Shown: positions 1-10,885 of the stretch, piece after piece | Numbering within the stretch: position 1 is the stretch's first letter | Layout: every line of letters starts with the position of its first letter | NCBI GenBank assembly: GCA_013239625.1 | Contig: MU053472.1 | Location: 186,001 to 250,000 of the forward strand | Direction: 5' to 3' | DNA length: 64,000 bases | From: Lama guanicoe | Taxonomy: Eukaryota | The notes under the pieces: generated by a model | What the model was told of the DNA's origin: nothing | What the model saw: the letters and a program-made list of their open reading frames with translations, nothing else | The model's database searches: none | Position numbers and translations under genes: made by a program

Positions 1-519
1 TCAGGCCCCGCTTCCCCACCCTGGCACTCGTGGAAGGGATCCCTAGTCAAGCATGGCACCTTTTCCCAGCGAGCCTCACCTTAGCCTTTTCAGTCCAAAA
101 TTCCAGGCAGCCCTGACCAAATGATCAGATTTGGCATGTAATTTGCATCCTCTTTGCCTTTCCTGAAACTGAAAAATCTTCTAGACTTCCCCATGCCCTC
201 CAGTTTACACACCCCAAACATCTCTAATTAAGAACCACGAACGTGGGTGGAAAATACTGCCTGCATACCATCCTGGATAAGGAATATTAGTTTCTGCCCT
301 CCCCGCCCATGCAGAGGTTTTTCTTACCTCCAAGTTCTACACCTACCCTAAGTCCACCTATCAACCATTTGTTTCCTGCCCACCCTTAGCCCCTGTCTCT
401 CCCCTCATCCCATCCTGAGCCCCAGGCCCCCAGTCCTCTGGCCTGGTCAGGCTCTAGCCCCTGGCCTACAAGGATAGCTTCCCTGTTTCAAGCATGGTCC
501 TGCAGGGCCACCAGAGTAG

Positions 520-725
520 TGTCTGGAATAGAGTGACAGTCTTAGAATCAGACAGACCTAGATTTCAGTCCTGGCTCTGAGTCTTACCAACTAGGTGGCC
601 ATGGGTAAGTTCCTTAGCCACTCTGAGCTTCGGTTTCTTCATGATAAAATGGAAATAATATGTGTATGGACTCATTCTGGAAATAGAACAAAATAGGTAT
701 GAAGTGTGTTTGGTAAGCATTCAGA
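520..725 (+). mobile_element. MIR SINE fragment (one of many MIRs; most not listed)
   Basis: MIR core wording: agaatcagacagacctagattt...gggtaagttccttagccactctgagcttcggtttcttcat..taaaatggaaataata. Confidence 0.7.
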
Positions 726-2060
726 GTTATAAAAATGCAAGTGATGATTTATGAAAGGATTCCTTAATAGGAAGGGGTAGGTGTGGGGAAGAGGATTTTA
801 GTTTCTGCCCTGGCTGCCTCGGATAGAGCTGTGGATCTGAGGGCAACAGCCAAGTTCAGCCTTCTTCCACACTTGGGGCTCCATCCTGCCCCAGGCTTGC
901 AGAGCTGGTTTCTAAGTACCATCTCACATTCCAATCACATTTTCGTGGCTTCTAAAAAATCTCCAACAGCCTGTAGCAGCATCTGGGACCACATGTGCTC
1001 CCCTGCCCTTCCTCCTGGGGCCTGAAAATATGCCTCCCATTTGCCCCCAGCCCCTCACCTGGGCAGGATTCCTCACTGGCGAGGCCTGGGTGGGACGATC
1101 AGAGAGTGGTCACCAGTGACCTGTGGACTGCTGAGGCCCCGCTGGCCTGGCTGGCTATGAAGATAGTGCATGGGGCCCTGGACCCGGAAATAACCAGCTT
1201 CCCTCCAAGGGGGGGACCAGCTGAGGTGGCAGGCCGTGACCTTCACCCCCATTCCCTACTGAAGGATTCCTTGGTAGAAAAGGCTGGTCCTTCCCTCAAG
1301 GCCAAACATGCACGTGCTTTCTGGCTTGGTCATGTGACCTGGAATTTATGTGAATCTTTTGGATGGACTAGCATTGAATCAAAGGATCCAGACTTGGTGG
1401 ATACATACTGGACAAAGGCGAGCCACATGCCCCTGGAGGTTTTATTTGAATCTAATCTCCTCTTGTCCATCATCCTTCATATTTTCATGATGTCAGAAGG
1501 CATCTCAGTGCAAACCAGAACAGCCCGGAATTATGCAATTAATTGCACCCGGGTCTATTTAGAGTCATGACTTAATCTGCCGCTAGCATGAGATCTGGTA
1601 CTTGAGTCACGGCAGAAACAGTAAGCACATGCTGGCCAGCTCCTTCCTGTTTGTCAGCTCCTTAGAATTTTTTTTGACTTAAAATTCAGCTGCGCTACGT
1701 ATACCAAAAGATTGCTTGTGAAGCCGAGGCATCTCATACTTCATTGAAAGTTGGGAGAACAGAAGTGTTCCCACCACTGAAGTGCTGTCCACCAGTACAT
1801 AGCAGGCGCTGTACAAAGCTCTTTGTTTGGTACAAAGTGCTTTGAACACAACCTCTTCTAATCCTACAACAGATACCATACCCATTTTACAGGTGAGGAA
1901 ACTGAGGTTAAGTAAGTTGATTAAGGAGCCAGAATTTAAACACATGGCCGTTCTTTTTTTCACATCACACTGCCTTGCCAGACATCACCATCCTCACCAC
2001 CCACCCCCTTTTATCTGCCTAGAGAAACAGGAGCTGTGGTATGGGATGGGGGGTCTGTAG

Positions 2061-2270
<210 letters not shown>

Positions 2271-5200
2271 TGATGACTGGGGTCTCTGAAGTGTGGATGA
2301 TGCCGAGGCTCCCCTGTTACTTGCTAAAGGAATTCTTGAGGTCGCAGGGTAAAGGGGCTTACTGTTCACCCAGCATACCCAACAAGTGCATTACATGAGT
2401 ACTGAAGTTTGATAAGTTGCTGGAGACTGGATTACACAGAGCCTAAAGGCACTGGGATTGAGGATTCCCCAGAGGGTTGATCAGTGATCCACAGAGAAGG
2501 TATTTCCAAGGAGGGCTCAGAAAGTCAGACCTTCTGTGGTTTCATGCTTTGCAAGAGGGAGCCCTGAGGATTTTCCAGGGAGATGGAGAATCTGGATGGA
2601 TGGATAACCAATGGAGAAAGTGAATAGTGAGTCAGCGGTCCTGAGGCTGATTCTCTCAATCCAGGACTCATGCTGGTCCCCAAACGCTGTAAGTTTCAGA
2701 GAATGATCCAATTCTGCCAACCCACAGGGAGTCCCCAGTAGACAGCCTGGCCTTGCCGGGGGGCCTGCATTCCCTTGACGTTTTATGGAGAAACTTACAA
2801 TCAACTTCCGGGTGCACTGAAAGTTGGGAATCCAGAGGCTTCCTTGCCATTTCAGTTGATGACTAAGTCCCGCCTCCGCGCAGAGGGACGGGGGTAGGAA
2901 AGACCAGCAGCTTGGACAGCTGGGCTGTAGTGAGAGTTAGAGAACAGGACAAGGTGTCTGTGCACGGGTCACAATTCCAGAGCCACACAATAGGACTTTT
3001 GAGTAGCTGGGGTCTGCGCAGCGTGGGAAGTGTTTGGCCTTTATTGATTGCTAGATAAGTAGGTGACAACCTTGAACTTCATGTCGGAGGCTCTCTGCAG
3101 GGTTTGGTCCGGTTGATGGTCTTTTTTCCCATCAAGTCACACCTCATCCCGGACTTCTGAGCAAGTTCTTTCACGGGCTCAGCCATCTCTGTTCTTCCCT
3201 TTGTCCCCGTCTCCTCCGGGTCCTGCCGCGTGGTGGAGCAGGTGGGTTCTAGTCCTGGTTTTGCCGCTTGCCTGGTGACCTTGACCTCCCTGAACCTTCC
3301 TTTTCTTCATCTTTAAAACAAATCATAACATCTACTTGTTCTGAGGATTGGATGATGTCACGTCGGTTACGTGCCTGGCACGTCTTAGGCGCTGAAACAC
3401 ACATGCCCTGGGCGTCCGAGCCCTGGAACTGGGGGGAGAGGGAGACATGTGTGGGACCTGCTTTGCTCCTCTTCTCTCACCCAATGGAAGATGAAAGGAC
3501 ACCCCCCATTGCCCTGCCCTTCGACTCCTGTGCGATTTCCCACTCTTTGTAGTGAGCAGGGAAAACATTTATCTGTGCTCACCAATCTCAATCAGGGAGG
3601 CAGCCAGGCGCAGCAGCCCTGCTTGGGAATACCTTCCCCTTTGAAAGGTTTATCAATCCATCTGCCGCTTGGGCAGCTCTGGACAGGACTGTGATTAATT
3701 ATTCCTGTCTTTCCCAAGTTGACTTTGATGCTTGCTTGTTGAAACAAGTCCTCTGGATTCAGGAAATGGTCTCTTAATCAAAATGCTTCAAGATGCTCTT
3801 GGAGACACTGCACCGGCCCCCAGACGGCTTCTCCCCTCCACTGGACAGAGTGGCCAGCCGACCTTGAAGCTGCAGGAACGGCCCTCTAGAACTACCGTGA
3901 AGGTGTCTCCACATCCCTGGGTGTTCCAGGAGTCTGGTGATAGACTCACCCCTAGGATGATGATGACATTTAGCAAGGATAAAACTTTTTGTGTAGCACT
4001 TTACAGTTCATACTCCTCATGGACATTATCTCATCATTATCTTCTTACTGAAACCTCCTAAGGAGTACAAAGAAATGAACCAGAGGCTCAGAGATGCAGG
4101 GTCACCTGCCCAGAGCCACGTAGGTGGTACTCTAGAGCTGAACTTCCAGACTTTGGTCTTTGATTCTAAATCCTGGACTCTCCACTTAAACAATGCTTGT
4201 CTTCCAATCCCCACCTTTAAATACCCATGGTAACTGCTGCTCTCGTGGTCTTTCAACAGTCAGAAACAAGGGTAAAAATGAAGCCCCTGTCCTGTAATCC
4301 AGTCAGGAAACTATCTTCCTACAAACTGCAGAAGAAGAGGGAATAGGAAAGGCAGAATGAAGTAAAAGGAGGGTCGAGGTGACAGCAGAAGGAACCCGAG
4401 GTGAAGAAAATGTGTACAAATTCTGTTCCAAAAGCAAAGGGTGAGAACGGAGCTCTGAAAGAGAATGGTGGCAATTCTGCTTTTTTGGTTGTTGTTTTAA
4501 AGTATTATTTTCCAAAAAGAGTTTTGAGACTGTTGCTAGGAATCAGGTGCCCAGGGTGTGAGGAGAATGTTCCTTGGTCAGATATGTCGGGGGAAGAGCT
4601 GGGTTAAACAGAAATCCCACAGGGCAGGGCTTCTCAGAATCTTTCGTGTGCTGATGCGCGCACTGAACAGAGACACATCCCGAGCAGCCTGCTTTAGAGG
4701 GAGGCACCAGTGGGATGCTGGGAAAAGCCAGCAGACCTGAGTTAATCCTGACTCGTTGTTTCTGCTGCATGACCTTGGGCAGTTAATTCATCACTATGAG
4801 ACTGAGTTTCTTCACCTCTAAAGGGGAAAACCTCACCTCCATCTTACAGAATCTTCCAAGTGCCTGAAGAGAGTGCTTGCTACAGAGGAGTCACGTACCC
4901 AAAGTGGAAGCTTTGTCCCTGTCCCTTCCCCTTTCTGTCTGTGATCCTGTAGGAGACACCTTCCATCAGCTCCTTCAATATTTAACTCGCTGCTTGGTCT
5001 ACATGTGATCAAAGGAGATTCTGATAATAACATGTCTCAGGATTAGAAGCATCTCTCAAGCGCATCCCACCTATTGGGCCTCCAGCTCCAGATCTTTGCT
5101 TCCCAGTCTCCTCCTGACCTTTCAAATAGTTCATGGCCTCTCACAGCATCCAAGCCCTTTGTGCTTAGCCAAATGCCTGGGCTTTCGTAGATGTTCAATA

Positions 5201-5499
5201 AATATGAGTGAATGAATGAATGAATGAGAGACTGAATAAATTCAGATCTAGCATTTTTTGAGTGCCTCCCATTTGTCAAACAGCACTCAGGTGATTTTCT
5301 GTTTTACCTTTCCTAGCTAATCCTTCCACCCATCCTGCAAGGTAGAAATTTTTATGCATGGAGTGAAAAAATTGAGGTTCAGAGACGGGGAGGTATCTGG
5401 CCAGTTTCACATGATGGTAGATCTGGAGACGGAGTTCCAGACTTCGGTCTTCTCACTCCAAATCTGCTAAACAACACTCACCTGCTAAGATCCATTTTT

Positions 5500-5587
5500 C
5501 TTTCTTTTCTTTTTTATTGAAGTATAGTCGATTTACAATGTTGTGTTAATTTCTGGTGTACAGCAGAGTGATTCATTTATGCATATG
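5500..5587 (-). mobile_element. Very short L1 3'-end insertion with target-site duplication
   Basis: T-rich tail then attgaagtatagtcgatttacaatgttgtg; flanked by TAAGATCCATTTTT at 5486-5499 and 5588-5601. Confidence 0.8.
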
Positions 5588-6191
5588 TAAGATCCATTTT
5601 TAAAGTACTCATAAAAATAATCCAAGGTTATGCTGGTATAACGCTAAAGCCAAGATTTGACCTTGTATCTGTCTGACCCCAGTCTTTGCCACTGTCAAGA
5701 CAGACATGCCCCAGGGCCTTGTGAATCATGGTTCAGGGACCTCTTAGGCCAGGATTTTCTTGCTGGAAGTCCTTCTGCAGCTACTGCCCTCCGTCCTTTC
5801 CAGAACTTATGCCCACCCCCACCCCTTCTCAACCCTTGGGTGCTGGCCAGTTACCATCTGAGTGGATCTCCTGCAAAACAACACCCCGCCAGCCTGGAAA
5901 CAAGATCGCTGCAGGCACCAATCGGTTAGAACAAGTGTGGGCAGGCTGTGAGCTGACTCCTGTTTCCAGAACTCCTCTGCCCACTGCCCCACTTCCTAGT
6001 TTATAGAGAGGTCAGGAGAGGACACCCAGAACAGTCACCAATCAGGGGTACGGATGAGAAGGAGGTGAGCAGCACCCTCATCATAAACCCCCTGCAGCTG
6101 CGCCGCACCTCCCAGCCCTCCCAGCCGGTGTGGCAGTGCGGGCTGATGGTTAAGAGCTGACCTGGGAGTCAGGCAGACTCAGTCTCCCCCA

Positions 6192-6294
6192 GGGGAGGGC
6201 ATAGCTCAGTGGTAGAGTGCATGCTTAGCATGTGCAAGGTCCTGGCTTCAATCCTCAGTACCTCCATTTAGGGAAAAAAAAGTCTAAAAAAAAA
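6192..6294 (+). mobile_element. tRNA-Ala-derived SINE (camelid Vic-1-like), inserted in a MIR
   Basis: ggggagggcatagctcagtggtagag (A-box)...cctggcttcaatcc (B-box)...acctcca plus A-rich tail. Confidence 0.85.
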
Positions 6295-6799
6295 GATTTT
6301 GGCACTTTCCACCTGTGTGACCAAAGGGAAAGGTCTAGCCTCTCTGAACTTCAGTTTCCTCACCTTTAATCTGAAGATAATGATTTCTCCATAGTGAGAT
6401 TGTTGAAAGGACGAAATGCAATAAAACTTGTAGAACTCTCAGCTCAGTGCTTGGCTGGAAACACCCAGTCCATGGCAGCGGGGTCGATCCTGGCTTTCCC
6501 CGTTGGCAATCTTGAGTGTCTCTCGAGCTTGGAAAGGAGGATTTCCAGTGGCAAAGGGCATTTCCTGATGCCCCATTCAGAAGATAAAAGAAAGTCATCT
6601 TACATAGTGGTTAAGAGCACAACATTTTCTGCTCTGAGACCCTGGGCAAGTCACTTAAAATCTCTCTAAATCTCAGTTCCCTTATCTACAAAACTGGAAT
6701 TATAATCGTTACCTTTAATTAATAGAGCTATAATTAATCTAACTTACTAATACTAGAAGTGAGTTTTCTGTCCTCCCTGTCTCTACTCCCCCCCAATTC

Positions 6800-7240
6800 T
6801 TTTTTTCCTGTTTTTTAATTGAGGTATAGTTGACTTACAATATGATGTAAACTTCAGATGTACCATGTAGTGATTCACAATTTTAAAGGTTATACTCCAT
6901 TTATAGTTATTATAAAATACGGCCTCTATTCCCCGTGCTGTACAATATATCCTTGTAGCTTATTTAATTTATTCATACCTGTACCGCTTAATTTCCCGCC
7001 CCTATCTTGTCCCATCCCCTTACCTCTCCCCACTGGTAACCACTAGCGTGAGTCTGTTTCTTTTTTGTTACATTCACTAGCTGTTGTATTTTTTAGAGTC
7101 CACGTATAAATGATTTCATATAGTATTTGTCTTTCTCTGTCTGACTCATTTCACTAAGCATAATACCCTCCATGTTGTTGCAAATGGCGAGAATTCCTTC
7201 TTTTCAATGGCTGAGTCGCAAAGTACTCCATTGTGTGTGT
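6800..7240 (-). mobile_element. L1 3'-end fragment
   Basis: ttttaattgaggtatagttgacttacaat...tatttgtctttctctgtctgactcatttcactaagcataat, typical antisense L1 3'UTR/ORF2 end. Confidence 0.8.
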
Positions 7241-7324
7241 ACCCCCCAGCTCCCTCTCGAGAGCGCTCCAGACTGGCATTTGTCCCCACGTTCTTTTTTT
7301 TTTTTTCCTGACTCTTTTTCAAAA

Positions 7325-7418
7325 AAATTATTTTTGGTTGGGAGTGGTAATTAGGTTTATTTAGTTTTATTTTATTTAGTTAGTTTTTTTTTTAATGGAG
7401 GTAGTGGGGATTGAACCC
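7325..7418 (-). mobile_element. 5'-truncated Vic-1-like SINE
   Basis: ggtaattaggtttattt...aatggaggtagtggggattgaaccc is the reverse complement of the SINE B-box and tail. Confidence 0.75.
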
Positions 7419-7419
7419 T

Positions 7420-8780
7420 CGAGCTCTGCCCTCTCCCCTGCCCCCACATTCTTGAAACCTCTCTTGTCCAGCTCACTAATACCTCCATGTGCCAAACCCT
7501 GTCTCTGACGCAGCCAGTCACACCTTCCTTTTTTCCCTTGGATTTTAGGCCATGACCCATTCCTGATTCTCGTTCTGTGGCACTGGCCACTCCTTTCCTT
7601 GGCTGGCCACTCATCTTTACAACATTTACTTGTTGCAGGGCCCTGGAACTCATTCATTGGCCTCTTCTCTTCCATGTTTACTCCTGGGTGGTCTCTAGTC
7701 CCATGGCTTCGGATCACATGTGCACAGTGATGCATCCTATAATTCTGTCTCCAGGACAGGTCTCTCCCTCGAGTGCGCATTCACAGACCCGCTGCATCTT
7801 TGGCACATATACATGCACACCTAATATATCTGCCAAGACTCTCCAATCGACCCTGCTTAGAATCACAGCTCTTCACTTTGCCCCAATTTTTCCTGAACCA
7901 AATTGCTTCCTGTTTTGGCTTCTCCATTTCCAAAGGTGATACCAGTTGTTCAGGGGAGCTACCTGAAAGTACCCTTGATAATTACATAGTCCACACCCAC
8001 ATCCAGCTCGTCAGTAAGTTCTGCCCAGGGGTCCTTCACAAGGCATCCTCCATCTGTCTGCTTCTCACCACCCCGTCAGTCCAGCCCCTGCCTCTCACTC
8101 CTGCAGCGACCCCTCACTTCCCGCTCCGGCTCTTGCCCCACTGGGGTGGGTGTGGTCTGTTCACCACACAGCAGCCAGAGTGAGCTCTTGGGTAGAGCTC
8201 AGTGGTAGAGCATGTGCTTAGCGTGCACGAGGTCCTGGGTTCAATCCGCAGTACCTCCATTGAAAAAAAGGAAAGAAAAGGGAAATCCATCATGTCCTCC
8301 CCTGTCAAAACCCTCCCCTGGCCTCCTGTTGTAACCAGGCTGACCTGGAGACTTCCAAGGCCTGTGGGCTCAGATCGCTGCCTCTCCTCCCAGTGTCACT
8401 TGGCTTCAGCTGAACCAGAGCTGGAGCCATCCCACCGCGGGACTTCTGCTTCCCGGTTCCCTCTGCCTGGAATATTCTTCAGTGCACATCTTTATAAGCT
8501 TACTCCCTCGTGTCATTCAGCACAGATGTCACCATCTCAGAGAGCGGGGCCTGACCTCCCGATCCCCTTCCCTGATTTATTCCCTCTTGCCGCCAGTCAC
8601 CCGGACCTCTTACCATGCTTATTTTTCTAGAGTATTCACCGCCACCTAAAATTGTGTGTGTGTGTGTGTGTTTTTTTCACTTGTTTATCATTCAAAACCC
8701 TCACTAGAATGTAAACTGTGGGGATGGGGACAGGGGCTTGTTCATAGATCTCAGAAATGTGTGAACTGGGTGAATGATGA
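7420..8780 (+). mobile_element. Degenerate L2 (interrupted by a SINE)
   Basis: Pyrimidine-rich L2 3' region ending cactagaatgtaaact...gggcttgttc...gaatga. Confidence 0.6.
8189..8280 (+). mobile_element. Vic-1-like tRNA-derived SINE
   Basis: agctcagtggtagagcatgtgcttagcgtgcacgaggtcctgggttcaatccgcagtacctcca plus A-tail. Confidence 0.85.
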
Positions 8781-8906
8781 TTACCTACCTCAAAGGCTTG
8801 ACCTAAGGACCCAAGGCAGCGATGTGTGTCAAGCTCTTACTCAGCACGGGGCAGCTTGGCACACAGTAGGACTGTGACAAATGTTAGCTCTTCCTATACA
8901 TATCAA

Positions 8907-8928
8907 ATATATATATATATATATATAT
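8907..8928. repeat. (TA)n microsatellite
   Basis: About 11 AT units read directly. Confidence 0.9.
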
Positions 8929-9889
8929 GACATATATCAAATCTTAGAGCGAGGACATCCCTAACAGTTGCCACAGCCACCCTGCCTTCCAGGCGAGGGC
9001 TCTGGAGCCCCCCAGGGGTCCCCGGGCCAGGCCTCCGTTCTGAGGGAGCACGGTGCACCCCTTATCAGATGTTTGTGTTTAGACTCGGGAGGGGGCAAAT
9101 AACTCTAGTTCCTTTGACAACATTTAGAGCTCTGCCACCATTTTATTATGTGAGCAAACATTTGATAGCTGGGAAGCCCATCCCTAATGACAGGTCATAG
9201 AATCTCGCTGGCGTCTCCTTATCTGCTGCCCGTGTTTGCTCTTCTCTTGAAACCTGCAAGGTCACAAGCCGTTTTCTCTCTCCTCCAACCCGAAATCTGA
9301 AAATTGGAAAAAGGCTGATAGTGGGAAGTAAAGAGACCAGAGAGCAGGGGTGGGTGGAGGGAGGCAGAGGAGGCAAAGGGTATCAGAGGACCCTGACCAG
9401 GGCCTCGAGAACGTAAAAGGGCCAGAAACCTGGCTCCTCACACGGACGCACCACTCAGTCCCGCTCTGAAGAGCACTGGAGAGGGATCAGTGTGGACCAG
9501 GCACCCTGGGCAGCCCGGGGTTAATAAGGACAGTTATGCCAAGCCCTGTGTGGATGGAGCACTGCCCACGTACCAGCCCATCTCACCCCTCAACCACCTC
9601 CACTGTATTGGTGGGGACACCGAGGCACAGAGAGAGGAGCTTGACCGAGAGCACAAAGCTAGTCGAAGGCTCCTAACCTCAGCCTGAGAGAAAGCATGCA
9701 TGCTGGGAGGTCTCCCAGGACTGGTTTGAATTGCAGGCTCCACACTCTCCTAGTTCTGAAACCTTGGACCATTCAGGGTCTTTGAGTCTCGTTTTCCTAG
9801 TCTGTAAAGTGGACGTAATGTCAGTCTCATACACAGAGCACTGATTAATGAGATGATGGGGGATAACAGACCTTTAATAGTAGTGGCAG

Positions 9890-9893
<4 letters not shown>

Positions 9894-9920
<27 letters not shown>

Positions 9921-9937
9921 TCTGTCTGTGTGTGTGT
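9894..9937. repeat. (TG)n microsatellite, interrupted
   Basis: gtgtgt...tctgtctgtgtgtgtgt read directly. Confidence 0.9.
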
Positions 9938-10337
9938 TTGAGGGGGGTCTTGAGAGAATAAGCCTAAGGACAGAACCTTCCCCCAAGATGACAACACAGG
10001 GAAAAGGGGACTCCGGGAAGGAAAAGGAGAGCAATGATGTTCTGTGAACAGCTGAGATGGACGAGGCCCAGGGCTCCGGGAAGGGAGATGCCAGACGGGG
10101 TGCAGCTCCTCTCAGAGGCTCCCTCACGCTGGGTCTCCTGCCCCCTGCCCACCCAGAAGCCTAGCATCAGAGGCCTTCAAGCCGTTGGGTCCTTTCCCCA
10201 GTCCTCTGAGTTTCTCACCCTAATAGTAACAAATGTGGTAGAAAGCACTTTGCTGTGTCTCACGCTCCTTCCCTGATGGATCGTTTGTGAGTAAGGGGTG
10301 ATTTTCTCATGGGCTTTATGGCCTTGTTGCTCAGAAT

Positions 10338-10435
10338 AGAGCAGCAGCATTAGCCCGACCTGGGAGCGGATTACAAGTGCAGGTTCTTCGGCCCAGCCCA
10401 GGCCCACTGAACCAGAATCCACATTTGAACAGAAC
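10338..10435. mobile_element. MER5A-like hAT-Charlie MITE fragment
   Basis: cagcagcattagc..acctgggagc..tta.aa.tgcag.ttct..ggccc..cccag.cc.actgaa.cagaatc, the MER5 consensus pattern. Confidence 0.65.
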
Positions 10436-10864
10436 CTCTGCTACTCGTGGGTCCATCCCAGTTTGGGAAGGGGCCCCGGGGGATCCCTGCTCTTAGAGGT
10501 CTTAGGAAGAGACCCTTACTTCTGCAACAAACAAGCGCTCCCCATCAGCTGTCACCACACTGAGCAGTTGATAAAACCCCTTTCGCAGAAAGAGGAGCCC
10601 AACTTCAGGATAAAGGTCGGCGAGTTATGACTATCTCAAGGTCTGCAGCAGTTCACATCTCTCTTCGGAAGTGGCCAAGAAAGCCTGCTCCCAGGTCTCC
10701 CTAAAGGGAGTGTGTTTCAGGACCGGCCCTACGGGATGGAGCGGGCACTAGGGCCCCAGGCCTGCAGCCCCAGCTCTTTGCTGCCCAGTCGGGAGAAGCC
10801 TGACTAGTGGCCCGGGTCCCTGCCCCGTGCACACAGCTGAGCTCTCTCTCCTCTCTCTCTGCAG

Positions 10865-10885
10865 TGTCCTCTCCAAGCCTGGTGA
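10865..10885 (+). CDS. HNF1B: HNF1B terminal coding exon, CPLQAW-stop
   Basis: Long pyrimidine tract ending ctctctctgcag|TGT CCT CTC CAA GCC TGG TGA. Phase 0 matches the preceding exon and gives the known HNF1B C-terminus SSKQCPLQAW. Confidence 0.96.
   Translation, partial: CPLQAW

Noticed and set aside
995..1570. 191-aa ORF, the longest in the track
   Set aside because: Non-ATG start, lies inside an HNF1B intron, no recognisable domain and no supporting splice pattern.
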